Shown here: positions 29,145-38,075 of the stretch, piece after piece
Layout of the letters: each line of letters opens with the position of its first letter
Position numbering within the stretch: the stretch's first letter is position 1
Source: Pirellulales bacterium
Lineage (GTDB): Bacteria > Planctomycetota > Planctomycetia > Pirellulales > UBA1268
Reading direction: 5' to 3'
Assembly: GCA_044336985.1 (NCBI GenBank)
Contig: JBIIOK010000002.1
Location: 4,199 to 68,198 of the forward strand
DNA length: 64,000 bases
Notes under the pieces: model-generated
The model's input: only the letters and a program-made list of their open reading frames with translations
What the model was told of the DNA's origin: nothing
The model's database searches: none
Made by a program: the position numbers and the translations under genes

Positions 29145-30941
29145 TCAGCGAAACGGCCAGATGAGCGGCGCGAGGAGCACCGTGATCGCCATCACGAGCA
29201 GATTGAGCGGGCCGCCAAACCGCAGGTAGTCGCTGAACTTGTAGCCGCCGGGGCCATAGATCATGAGGTTGGTCTGGTAGCCCATCGGCGTGGCGAAGCC
29301 GCAGCTGGCGGCCACGGTGACGGCCATCACGAAGGGCATCGGGTTCACGCCCAGGTCGGCGGCCGTCTGCCAGGCGATCGGGAAGAGGAGCACCGCGGCG
29401 GCGTTGTTGCTCATCAGCTCCGTGAAGAGCATCGTCACGAAGTAGATCGCCGCGAGCGTGGCATGCGGCCCGTCGCCGGCGGCGGCGATCGTCGAACGAG
29501 CGATCGACTCGTCGAGCCCCGTCTTCTCCATGGCCTTGGCCAGCCCGAAGCTCGCCGCGATCAAAAGCAGCGACTCCCATTCGATGCTCCGCCGCGCCTC
29601 GTTGGAGGAGATGCAGCCGGTGACGAGCACGGCGGCGGCCGCCACGAACGCGGCCGCCACCATCGGCACGAGCTCGAAGGTCGCGGCGAGCACCATCGCG
29701 GCGAGCACGGTGCAGGCGATCCAGGCCCGATCGTGCCGCGGCGGCGTCGAGCCGCTGACCTCGCTGACCAGATAGAAGTGGCGACTCGACCGCTGCCGGT
29801 CGAGGAAGGTGGGGCTGGCCTCGAGGAGGAGCGTGTCGCCCGGCTCGAGCGCGATGTCGCCGATCTTCATCTGCAGCCGCTCGCCGTTGCGGGCGACGGC
29901 GATCACGACGGCGTCGTACGTGGAGCGGAAGCGGCCCTCGCGGATCGTCTGGCCGACGAGCGGGCAGGTATTGGAGACGACCGCCTCCACGAGCACCCGC
30001 TCCGACCGCGGCCCATCGAGCTGAAACACCTGGTCGGTGGCCGGCCTGAGTCCGCGGATCTTCTGCAGTTCGACGACGGAATCGACGACACCCACGAAGA
30101 CGAGCCGGTCGCCCGCCTCGAGCCGCTCGGTGGGCGCGACCGCCGCCATCACATGTCCGGCGCGATCGATCTCCATCAGGAAGAGGCCTTCGAGGCCGCG
30201 GAGACCGGCCTCCTCGATCGTGCGTCCCACGAGCGGGCTGCCCGGCTCGACGAGCATCTCGAGCGAATATTGCCGCGGGTCGTCGCTCTGGCTCATCGCG
30301 GGCCGCCGATCCTTGAGGAGATAGCGGCTCTTGCTGGCCACGAGCAGGTAGGCGAACCCCGCGATGAGCAGGGGCACGCCGAGCCAGGTGATCTCGAACA
30401 TGCCGAGCGTGCGGCCGGTCTTGGCCGCAACGAGGCCGCTGACGACCACGTTCGTGCTCGTGCCGATGAGCGTGCAGAGGCCGCCGAGGATGACGGCGGC
30501 GTTCATCGGCATGAGCAGTTTCGAGACGCTCAGCCGGTGCTTCTTCGCCCAATCTCGGATCGCCGGCACCATCAGGGCCACGACGGGGGTGTTGTTCATG
30601 AAGGCGGAGAGGGCGGCCGGCGCGACCATGGTGCGGACCTGCGCCGAGGAGAGCGATTGCGGGCGGCCGAGCGCCCGGTCGACGAGGCTGGCCAGGGCCC
30701 CGGTTCGTTCCACGGCCGCGGCCACCACGAAGAGCGCGGCGACGGTGAGCATGCCCTCGTTGGCCATCCCCTTGAAGGCCTCGTCGGGGGCGAGCACGCC
30801 GGCCGCCAGGAGGACGACCACGCCGCCGATCATCGCCATGTCGGGCGCCCGCTGCCCAAACAGGAGGGCCATGAGGGTCGCGAACGTCACGATCGCCGTG
30901 AGCGTTGCCTGCCAGTTGGTGAAAAGGGCGTCGGGAATCAT
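29145..30941 (-). CDS. SLC13/DASS-family permease with two central TrkA-C (RCK_C) domains
   Basis: ORF 29145..32165 trimmed to MIPDALFTNW. FMNNTPVVALM and MSNNAAAVLLFPIA permease motifs. Two TrkA-C-like segments (VEPGSPLVGRTIEEAGLR, VSNTCPLVGQTIREGRFR). Confidence 0.9.
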   Translation of the reverse strand: MIPDALFTNWQATLTAIVTFATLMALLFGQRAPDMAMIGGVVVLLAAGVLAPDEAFKGMANEGMLTVAALFVVAAAVERTGALASLVDRALGRPQSLSSAQVRTMVAPAALSAFMNNTPVVALMVPAIRDWAKKHRLSVSKLLMPMNAAVILGGLCTLIGTSTNVVVSGLVAAKTGRTLGMFEITWLGVPLLIAGFAYLLVASKSRYLLKDRRPAMSQSDDPRQYSLEMLVEPGSPLVGRTIEEAGLRGLEGLFLMEIDRAGHVMAAVAPTERLEAGDRLVFVGVVDSVVELQKIRGLRPATDQVFQLDGPRSERVLVEAVVSNTCPLVGQTIREGRFRSTYDAVVIAVARNGERLQMKIGDIALEPGDTLLLEASPTFLDRQRSSRHFYLVSEVSGSTPPRHDRAWIACTVLAAMVLAATFELVPMVAAAFVAAAAVLVTGCISSNEARRSIEWESLLLIAASFGLAKAMEKTGLDESIARSTIAAAGDGPHATLAAIYFVTMLFTELMSNNAAAVLLFPIAWQTAADLGVNPMPFVMAVTVAASCGFATPMGYQTNLMIYGPGGYKFSDYLRFGGPLNLLVMAITVLLAPLIWPFR

Positions 30942-31112
30942 GCGCGGCGTCTCGGCGCGAATGTGGAAGAACCAGCAAAGTTGTCGTTCGCAGGGCGATG
31001 ATTCGCAAGTGCAAATCGCGTCATCCGTGCCGGCGGGCGGACAGATGGCGGCCGCGGCGGCCGGCGCGGTACGCTGCCTTCCCGTATCCATCCCCCACGA
31101 GGAGTTCCGGCC

Positions 31113-31736
31113 GTGATCGACCAGCTGCTGCAGGGTAACGTCAAGTTCGTCACCGGCGAGTTCAAGCCGAACGAAGAGTATTACCAGTCGATCGCCACGA
31201 AGCAGACGCCGAAGGTGCTCTGGATCGGCTGCTCCGACTCCCGTGTGAGCGAGCATCAGATGACCGGGTCGAAGCCCGGCACGATGTTCGTGCATCGCAA
31301 CGTGGCCAACATCGTGGCCTTCAACGACGTCAACATCTCCGCGATCCTCGAGTATGGGGTCGTGCACCTGAAGATCGAAGACATCATCGTCTGCGGCCAC
31401 ACCCGCTGCGGCGGTATCGCGGCGATCGAGGACGGCGTGCACGAAAACTACATCGCCGACTGGCTCTGCATCGCCTCGGGTGCGAAGGTCGTGGCCGACC
31501 GGATCGCGGAGGAGCGTGGGCTCTCGCGGGAGGAGAAACTCGCCGTGCTCACCGAGGAAAACGTGAAGCTGCAGATCAGGCACCTCAAGAATCTCGCGCT
31601 CATCCGCAACATGCATAAGAAAGGTTCGCTGCCGCGGATCCACGGCTGGCTCTACCGCGTGGAGACCGGCACGGTGGACGTGCTCGTCGACGGCCGTGAC
31701 CCGAAGCCGGGCCCGGGCCTGACAGCCCTGGCGTGA
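31113..31736 (+). CDS. beta-class carbonic anhydrase
   Basis: GTG start after GAGGAG. CSDSRV, HRNVAN, GHTRCGG zinc-ligand motifs. Confidence 0.9.
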   Translation: MIDQLLQGNVKFVTGEFKPNEEYYQSIATKQTPKVLWIGCSDSRVSEHQMTGSKPGTMFVHRNVANIVAFNDVNISAILEYGVVHLKIEDIIVCGHTRCGGIAAIEDGVHENYIADWLCIASGAKVVADRIAEERGLSREEKLAVLTEENVKLQIRHLKNLALIRNMHKKGSLPRIHGWLYRVETGTVDVLVDGRDPKPGPGLTALA

Positions 31737-31791
31737 GGCCTGCCAGGCCGCAATCTGCGGAGATTTAGCAAAAAACTCACGCAGCGCAGCG

Positions 31792-31819
31792 TTGACAACG
31801 CCGATTCCCTTTCTATGCT
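31792..31819 (+). promoter_or_regulatory. sigma-70-like promoter candidate (TTGACA-16 nt-TATGCT)
   Basis: TTGACA at 31792-31797 and TATGCT at 31814-31819, about 275 nt upstream of the DUF1559 gene. Confidence 0.4.
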
Positions 31820-32094
31820 TCCGGGATTGGTGAACTTCCGAAAACATGCATGTGTGTTCTCGGGAGCGAGTTGGACCGGCCTCACATGACCCACCCCCGG
31901 GCCGGTCGCACAGATTTTTATCTGAGTTTTGGTCTGATTTGTGATCTGACTTTTGATTTGGGCTGATTCGTCGGTCGCACCCGTCAGCGGGCCGCGGCCG
32001 ATCCTGCCTGTCAGCCCTTAAACCGAGTTTGAGATTCGGCCTTGGTGCCTCCGGTGCCATGGCTCCCGCCTTCACTCCGCAATGGAGCACACCC

Positions 32095-33081
32095 ATGCCT
32101 CGCGCCCGTTCTTCTGCCGGCTTCTCGCTGGTGGAACTGCTCGTCGTAATCGCCATCATCAGCACCCTCGTCGGCCTGCTTCTGCCGGCCGTTCAGGCGG
32201 CCCGCGAGAGCGGCCGTCGCACCAGCTGCGCTAACAACGTGCGGCAGCTGGCCAACGCCTGCCAGCAGCACCTCGAAGCCCAGGGGCATTTCCCGACGGG
32301 CGGCTGGGGCCAGGAGTGGGGCGGCGATGCCGATGCCGGATTCGGGAGCAAGCAGCCGGGCGGCTGGCACTATTCGCTGCTCCCCTATATCGAGCAGGCC
32401 GCCCTGCGCAACGATGGCCAGGGGCAGAACGACGCCGGCAAGCTGGCCGCCGCGAAGCGGGTGTATGAAACGCATGTCACTTCATTCGTCTGCCCGACCC
32501 GCGGCGTCTCGTCCCCCGTGGCGGTGGGCTCGTTCAGCTATCTCAATATCGACGCTCCGACCGTGGCCGGCCGCAGCGACTATGCCGCCAATGGCGGTGA
32601 TGTGGTGTCGGCGGCGATGGTCGATCATCCGGGCAGTGCATCCACCACCGAGCAAGACGTCCTCGCGATGCCAGGCTCTGCGGCGGGCAGTGTCGCCGGC
32701 GGCGATCGGGCCACGGGCGTGGTGTTTCGCGGCAGCGTCATGAGGGCCGCGCACCTGCGCGACGGCCTGTCGAATGTCTACCTGCTCGGCGAGCGTTTCA
32801 TTCCGCGCAACCAAGCCTTCACGTCGTCAGCCACGGGCAATCGCCACAGCTGGCTCGTCGGCTTCGACGACGATTCCATCCGGTTCACGGCCGCTCTTCC
32901 CAGCGGTGATGGCGACGATGCCGGTGCCGGGCTCGAGGGCCGGTTTGGCGGCTCGCATGCGGGCGTGTTTCCGATGGCGATGGCTGATGGCTCGGTGCAC
33001 ATGATCCCGTTCGATATCGACCTCACCACGCACCGTCGGCTCGGCCATCGCAAGGACGGCGAAGTGGCGATGCTGCCGTAG
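32095..33081 (+). CDS. DUF1559 domain protein with prepilin-type N-terminal methylation motif
   Basis: ORF trimmed to MPRARSSAGFSLVELLVVIAIISTLVGLLLPAVQAARESGRRTSCANNVRQL, the hallmark planctomycetal family. C-terminal GSHAGVFPMAMADGSVH. Confidence 0.9.
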   Translation: MPRARSSAGFSLVELLVVIAIISTLVGLLLPAVQAARESGRRTSCANNVRQLANACQQHLEAQGHFPTGGWGQEWGGDADAGFGSKQPGGWHYSLLPYIEQAALRNDGQGQNDAGKLAAAKRVYETHVTSFVCPTRGVSSPVAVGSFSYLNIDAPTVAGRSDYAANGGDVVSAAMVDHPGSASTTEQDVLAMPGSAAGSVAGGDRATGVVFRGSVMRAAHLRDGLSNVYLLGERFIPRNQAFTSSATGNRHSWLVGFDDDSIRFTAALPSGDGDDAGAGLEGRFGGSHAGVFPMAMADGSVHMIPFDIDLTTHRRLGHRKDGEVAMLP

Positions 33082-33108
33082 GCGTCCTTCCCCCGGTATG
33101 ATGGCGAC

Positions 33109-33726
33109 ATGAGCAGCCATCAGCCGGCCCGTGAGCGGTTTTCGGAGTATTACGCCACGCCGAAGGCGCCGTGGGACATCGGCCGGCCGCAGCGGGCGTT
33201 TGTCGAGGCGGGCGACGAGATCCGCGGCCGCGTGCTCGATAGCGGCTGCGGCACGGGCGACCTCGCCCTCTGGCTCGCGGAACGCGGCCGCACCGTGACG
33301 GGCGTCGACTTCCTCGAGAAGCCGATCGCGCTGGCCCGCCAGAAGGCGGCCGACCGCGGGCTCGCCGCCAACTTCCTGCAGATGGATGCACTCGCGATCG
33401 GCGAGATCCCGGAGCGGTTCGACGCCGTCACCGATTGCGGCCTCTTCCACACGTTCGATGACACACACCGCGCGGCCTACGTGGCGGCGCTTGCGAAGCT
33501 GCTCGAGCCGGGGGCGCGGGTGTTTGTGCTCTGCTTTTCGACCGACGAGCCAGGCGATCACGGACCGCGGCGGGTGAGCGAGGCCGAATTGCGAGCGGCG
33601 TTCGCGAAGGGCTGGGAGATCGAGAAGATTGAGCCGGCCCGGTTTGAGGTGGTGCCAGGGGTCGCCGGGGCGGAGTTCACGCCGGGCGGGGCGAAGGCGT
33701 GGTTCGCCACGATTCGCCGCGCCTGA
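33109..33726 (+). CDS. class I SAM-dependent methyltransferase
   Basis: Motif I VLDSGCGTGDLALWLA, motif II DAVTDCGLFH. Confidence 0.88.
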   Translation: MSSHQPARERFSEYYATPKAPWDIGRPQRAFVEAGDEIRGRVLDSGCGTGDLALWLAERGRTVTGVDFLEKPIALARQKAADRGLAANFLQMDALAIGEIPERFDAVTDCGLFHTFDDTHRAAYVAALAKLLEPGARVFVLCFSTDEPGDHGPRRVSEAELRAAFAKGWEIEKIEPARFEVVPGVAGAEFTPGGAKAWFATIRRA

Positions 33727-33765
33727 GTAGGACAGGCTTCAGCCTGTCAGAAACTTCAGCCTGCC
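33727..33765 (+). repeat. family A unit (33727-33748) plus half unit (33754-33765)
   Basis: GTAGGACAGGCTTCAGCCTGTC starts 1 nt after the TGA stop. Confidence 0.8.
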
Positions 33766-34078
33766 ATGCCTCGTTTTGGGCCGTGTTCGTGCCGGCCCAA
33801 AAAAAACCTTGCCTCGGCTAAAGGGCCGGTTTATCCTTTTGGAAGCCGCTCGGGTAAGGGCGGCACGGTTCCTGGAAACGCTCATGCACGCACCCGCTCT
33901 CGTGGCCTGCTAACGCAGCCGAGGCGGTTTTATGCGACGGACTTTGCCGCGGCTCTCGCGGCAGGCGTGCTTCCCGGCTTGATCACCAAGCCTTCCAGTC
34001 TTTCTTTCCATCGCAGCCGTTTCGCGTGTGCTTTTGCCGGTCGTGGGCGTGGGGGCGTGTTGCAAAGGCACTCGCATC

Positions 34079-35077
34079 ATGACAGCGGCTGTTTTCAATC
34101 GCATTTATGCAATACGCGTGGTGATGTTCTGCGCGTCGCTGGCCCTCGCGTCTTTCGCTCATGTCGCCGAGGCGGTGATCATCGACACCCAATTCGGGAC
34201 AGGAAACACGGCCGCGCCTGCTGATGACCCGGGCTTCGCCAACGTGGGCTCGATCGGCGAATTGACGGGCGTCTATATCGGTAACCGCTGGGTGCTTACG
34301 GCCAACCACGTCGGCGGCGGTGATATCGTGCTCAATGGAGTCACCTACTCGATGAATCCGGGCACCGGCACACAACTCAAGAACCCCGCCGGGTCTGGCA
34401 AATCGGAATACACGGACCTCTATGTGTATCGGCTGACGGACGACCCTGGGCTGCCATGGCTCAGCATCGCCTCAGCCCCTTCCGTCAGCGGTACGGTCAC
34501 GATGATCGGCAACGGGCTGAATCGGGGCGACTATAGATCTTGGTGGGTGAATACGAATACCGGGACGAACCCGTGGGTCTGGACGGAGACCACGTCGAAC
34601 CCGAATGCCGATGGGTACGCCTGGGGCACGGGCCATGCGATCCGCTGGGGCACGAACATCGTTGCCGGGACGACTTGGGCGAATACAGGCTATGGAGACG
34701 CCGTCTCTACATACACAACGTTCGACTTCTTCGACGACTATTCGTCGGAGTGTCAGGCCGCCTATGGCGACTCCGGTGGCGCGGTGTTCCGCAAGGACGA
34801 CACGAGTTGGCAACTTGCGGGGATCATGCTCGGGGTGGCCGGGTATTCGGGGCAGCCCACCAATACTGCCGTGTATGGCAACCGCACCTTCAGTGCCGAT
34901 CTCTCCGTTTACCGTGACCAGATCGTCACGATCACGGCCGTGCCGGAACCGGGCACTGTCGGTCTGGCGATCGCGGCCGTGGCCACGGGTTTTCTCTCGC
35001 GTGGACGCAGGCGACGCCGGGCCGGGCGTAGGATAATCCAGGCCACGGAAGCCCGACGCGCTAGCGAGGAGAGTTAG
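34079..35077 (+). CDS. trypsin-like serine protease with C-terminal PEP-CTERM sorting signal
   Basis: ORF trimmed to MTAAVFNRIY (signal peptide). Catalytic triad contexts LTANHV, DLYVYRL, GDSGGAVF. VPEPGTVGLAIAAVATGFLSRGRRRRR. The last 11 codons and the stop are encoded by a family C arm. Confidence 0.85.
   Translation: MTAAVFNRIYAIRVVMFCASLALASFAHVAEAVIIDTQFGTGNTAAPADDPGFANVGSIGELTGVYIGNRWVLTANHVGGGDIVLNGVTYSMNPGTGTQLKNPAGSGKSEYTDLYVYRLTDDPGLPWLSIASAPSVSGTVTMIGNGLNRGDYRSWWVNTNTGTNPWVWTETTSNPNADGYAWGTGHAIRWGTNIVAGTTWANTGYGDAVSTYTTFDFFDDYSSECQAAYGDSGGAVFRKDDTSWQLAGIMLGVAGYSGQPTNTAVYGNRTFSADLSVYRDQIVTITAVPEPGTVGLAIAAVATGFLSRGRRRRRAGRRIIQATEARRASEES
35046..35069 (+). repeat. family C single arm (copy C4, truncated)
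   Basis: CGGAAGCCCGACGCGCTAGCGAGG followed by core-like GAGTTAGGGTGG. No second arm. Confidence 0.75.
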
Positions 35078-35128
35078 GGTGGTTCGTGGTGGTTTGTGGT
35101 TGAACCTCAAAACGACGGAGAGAGCATC

Positions 35129-35383
35129 ATGAAATGGTCATTCATGCCGATGGCGGTGGTCGCCGTGTTCGTGGCGTCGACGGCGCTGGCCCAGCAGGTA
35201 GTTGTCCAGCCGCAGGTGCGGACAGTGCAGCCGCAGGTCCGCACGGTCCAGCCGCAGCGTTCGTATCGCAGCTACTCGGTTCAGCCGCAGCGGGCCGATC
35301 GGCGTTCGCCCGCCCACTCCGGCGAGGCCACGTGGCGGCACGCCGATGCGAAGGCGGCCGGGCATTACACGGGCGGACGGTAA
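35129..35383 (+). CDS. small secreted protein with QPQVRTV repeats (84 aa)
   Basis: GGAGAGA SD. Signal peptide MKWSFMPMAVVAVFVASTALAQQ. VVVQPQVRTVQPQVRTVQPQ. Confidence 0.55.
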   Translation: MKWSFMPMAVVAVFVASTALAQQVVVQPQVRTVQPQVRTVQPQRSYRSYSVQPQRADRRSPAHSGEATWRHADAKAAGHYTGGR

Positions 35384-35390
35384 CCAGAAC

Positions 35391-35469
35391 GTAGACCGCT
35401 TGCTCGAAAGTAAACCGCTTGCTCCGCAAGCGGATCCGGAGCCGCTTGCGGAGCAAGCGGTCTACTTTT
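35391..35469. terminator. nested palindrome / probable bidirectional terminator
   Basis: 15-bp outer arms GTAGACCGCTTGCTC (35391-35405) and GAGCAAGCGGTCTAC (35451-35465), then TTTT. Inner alternative hairpins are built from five copies of CCGCTTGC/GCAAGCGG. Confidence 0.65.
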
Positions 35470-36256
35470 CGCTCAGCGAAGTGACGGGGGTCACCTCCTT
35501 CCACGCAGACTCGAGCGATGCGATCGAGTCAAGGTCGTAGTGTCGTTCGAGGGCGGCTTTGAGGCCGACGATCTCGATGTCTTCGATGAACCGGATGAGC
35601 GTGGCGGCGTCGCGGCGGTTGATCAGCCAGCGGACAAGCGCAGCGCTTTGGCCGTAGAAGACCTGCTGGCGGCGGGTGCCGGCCGGCAACTCCTCGAGGG
35701 CGAACAGGTCGGCGGCGGAAAACGCCAGGCCCTGCCCGGCCGCGGCCCGGAAGTCTTCCTCGTGGCCGCACTGTGTTTGGCTGCCGTCGAAAAGCACTGC
35801 GAGGCCTTCGTCGGCCCAGCGTGGCGGCGGGGCGTGCACGAAATGATCGGCCAGCACCACATGCACGATCTCGTGCGCGAGTGCGTCGGGGATGACGTCG
35901 TGGCCGTCGCCCATCACGTCGATGCGTCGGCTCGCCACGGCGTCGGCCGCGAAGTCGATCGAAGTGGCGCCGCGTGAGCCGACGGGCGGCATGCCCACGG
36001 CGTCGGCGAATGAGTCGGGCGTGGCATGCACATGAATCGCGCAGCGGGCGGTCCATCGGCCGGGCTGTTCGATGCCGAGCAGCCGCCGAAAAGCTTCGTC
36101 GCGGGTCCGTTCGGCAACGGCCGCGATCTCGCCGGCCCGCGCGGCACTGGCCCCGTGCACCACGACGTTGCCGGGCGGTTCGGCGGCCGCCGCGACCGTC
36201 AGGAGGCCTAGCAAGAGAAGGCACGCGAGGACGGGCTGCCCGAGACGGCGATTCAC
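35462..36256 (-). CDS. secreted zinc metallopeptidase (peptidase MA-like, HExxH)
   Basis: HEIVH followed by ADEGLA 21 residues later. Start is GTG 36256 (VNRRLGQPVLACLLLLGLL) or ATG 36307. Confidence 0.7.
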   Translation of the reverse strand: MNRRLGQPVLACLLLLGLLTVAAAAEPPGNVVVHGASAARAGEIAAVAERTRDEAFRRLLGIEQPGRWTARCAIHVHATPDSFADAVGMPPVGSRGATSIDFAADAVASRRIDVMGDGHDVIPDALAHEIVHVVLADHFVHAPPPRWADEGLAVLFDGSQTQCGHEEDFRAAAGQGLAFSAADLFALEELPAGTRRQQVFYGQSAALVRWLINRRDAATLIRFIEDIEIVGLKAALERHYDLDSIASLESAWKEVTPVTSLSEK

Positions 36257-36425
36257 GGCGGGCTCTCTCTGGTTGTGTGGCGGTGTTGTCAGAGGAGAGA
36301 TGCACACCGCGTGCCATTCGCACCGGACGCGCGATGGTCGCGGGAAACAGGGGTTTCGTGGTGGCGGGTCGCGAAGGAGTGCGCGAAAAGGGTGCAGGGG
36401 ATGCGCGGGGGGAGGGCAGGGGGTA

Positions 36426-36513
36426 CGGAAGCCCGAAGCGCGAGCGAGGAGGGTTGGGGCGGCGTTGGTTGGGGTGGGGGGCGGATGTTCCTTGCTTGCG
36501 CTGCGGGCTTCCG
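36426..36513 (+). repeat. family C hairpin element, copy C5
   Basis: Arms 36426-36449 and 36490-36513, 35 nt upstream of the HDAC-family gene start. Confidence 0.85.
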
Positions 36514-36548
36514 TGCGAGGCGGCTTTCGCTGCGTCTAAACTGGCACG

Positions 36549-37445
36549 ATGCGTGTTTATCCCTGCGATCGCTGGCGGCTGCCGCTTCCCGAGGGGCATA
36601 GCTTTCCGATCGACAAATATTCGCTCCTGCGGCGGCGGCTCGAGGCCCATGCGGCGGCCGGCGTGCCGCTTGAATTCATCGAGCCGCATGCGGCCACCGA
36701 TGACGAGCTCGTGCGGGTGCACGATCGCGGGTATCTCGGCCGCGTGATGGCTGGCACGCTCTCGCGCGACGAGGTGCGGCGGATCGGGTTTCCCTGGAGC
36801 CGTGAGCTCGTGGAGCGATCGCTGCGCAGCACCGGGGCCGCGGTGGATGCGGCGGCCGCGGCGATCGAAGACGGCGTCGCGGCGAGCCTGGCCGGCGGCA
36901 CGCACCATGCGGGCAGCGATTGGGGCGAGGGCTATTGCGTGTTTAACGACACCGCCGTGGCCGCGCGGGAGATGCAGGCCCGCGGGGCGGCCCGCCGCGT
37001 GTTGATCCTCGATTGCGACGTCCATCAGGGCAACGGCACAGCTGAGATCTTCGCCACCGATCCCACCGTCTTCACGATGTCGATCCATGGCGAGAAGAAT
37101 TTCCCGCTTCGTAAGCATCCCAGTTCGCTCGACGTGCCGCTCGAGGATGGCACGGGCGACGAGGACTACCTCCGGGCCCTCGCCGCGGCGCTCGACGAGG
37201 CGTTTGGCCGGGCGGCGGCCGACCTCGTGCTCTATATCGCAGGGGCCGATCCCTATGCCGGTGACCGACTTGGCAGGCTCGCGGTCACGAAGCAGGGGCT
37301 GCTCGAACGCGACCGCATGGTGCTCGCGGCGTCTCGGGCCGCGGGCCTGCCGGTGGCGATCGTCTGCGGCGGCGGCTACTGCCAAGACCTCGAATCGATC
37401 GTCGATATCCACGCCGCCACGATGCTGCTGGCGGCCGGGGCCTGA
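36549..37445 (+). CDS. histone deacetylase family (class II-like/AcuC-like) deacetylase
   Basis: GGTHHAG, YCVFND, DCDVHQGNG, GADPYAGD, GGGY. Confidence 0.92.
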   Translation: MRVYPCDRWRLPLPEGHSFPIDKYSLLRRRLEAHAAAGVPLEFIEPHAATDDELVRVHDRGYLGRVMAGTLSRDEVRRIGFPWSRELVERSLRSTGAAVDAAAAAIEDGVAASLAGGTHHAGSDWGEGYCVFNDTAVAAREMQARGAARRVLILDCDVHQGNGTAEIFATDPTVFTMSIHGEKNFPLRKHPSSLDVPLEDGTGDEDYLRALAAALDEAFGRAAADLVLYIAGADPYAGDRLGRLAVTKQGLLERDRMVLAASRAAGLPVAIVCGGGYCQDLESIVDIHAATMLLAAGA

Positions 37446-37491
37446 CCGACGCCCCAAGGTTGTCCCTCGGGCCGTGTATTCATTGCTCCCA

Positions 37492-37566
37492 CGGAAGCCC
37501 GACGCGCAAGCGAGGCACGAACGATGGTGTGTCCCGGATTTTCCTTGCTCGCGCTGCGGGCTTTCG
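37492..37566 (+). repeat. family C hairpin element, copy C6
   Basis: Arms 37492-37515 and 37543-37566, between the HDAC stop and the HTH gene start. Confidence 0.85.
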
Positions 37567-37605
37567 TGAGCGGGTTTCCGAGACGTCAAAAACGAGGAGG
37601 CAGAT

Positions 37606-37824
37606 ATGGAAAACGGCGGTGCGGATCGCGGTAAAACCGAGGATTTCAGCGGTGTGCTCGACCGGCTCGACCCGCGGTCGCGGGAGGTGCTCGTGCTGCT
37701 CTGGGAGGGAGCGGGGCAGGCGGAGGTGGCCAGGCGGCTGGGGCTCGACGAGGGTGTGGTGGCGCAGATTCGTGCGCAGGGCCTCGGGAAACTGCGGGCT
37801 CTCTTTGAGGAGGGGGCCCTATGA
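37606..37824 (+). CDS. small sigma-70 region-4 / LuxR-type HTH protein (72 aa)
   Basis: AGGAGG SD. LDPRSREVLVLLWEGAGQAEVARRLGLDEGVVAQIRAQGLGKLR. Confidence 0.6.
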   Translation: MENGGADRGKTEDFSGVLDRLDPRSREVLVLLWEGAGQAEVARRLGLDEGVVAQIRAQGLGKLRALFEEGAL

Positions 37825-38075
37825 CACACGTCTCCGAGTGAAAAATTGCATCCGGCAACGGGGCGACTAAACTAGCGGTCGGAAGGTTGAAAAGCATCCT
37901 GTCTACGAGTTGGGCGTCCCCTGCGGTCGCCCGCGCCAACCTCGCGAAAGCCAAGGTGGTGACTCGAACTGGCAACAGTTCGGGAGGATGTGCGTCGGGA
38001 GCGTTCCCCGGCGAAGCTTTCGATCGTGACGTCGAGCGAAAGCACCTTCCTTTCCTGTTCGGAAAGGAGTGCATC

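Noticed and set aside
27739-32165. Very long minus-strand ORFs 27739..31014 (1091 aa) and 29145..32165 (1006 aa)
   Set aside because: Each is a genuine gene at its 3' end (a membrane protein from 29070, the SLC13 permease from 30941) extended upstream by stop-free GC-rich read-through. The upstream translations are Arg/Pro/Gly-rich nonsense and overlap other real genes.
33786-33815. Hairpin GGGCCG...CGGCCC flanked by TTTT and A8 as a possible bidirectional terminator
   Set aside because: On neither strand does a T-run follow the stem, since the A-run is downstream on plus and the T-run upstream on minus. It therefore does not fit an intrinsic terminator. It is most likely part of the promoter region of the protease gene.
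37453-37475. Short shared motif CCAAGGTTGTCCCTCG (also at 43700-43716) as a possible fourth repeat family
   Set aside because: There are only two copies of about 16-20 nt. Only the second copy has a complementary arm (GAGGGAC). That is not enough evidence for a family from this window alone.
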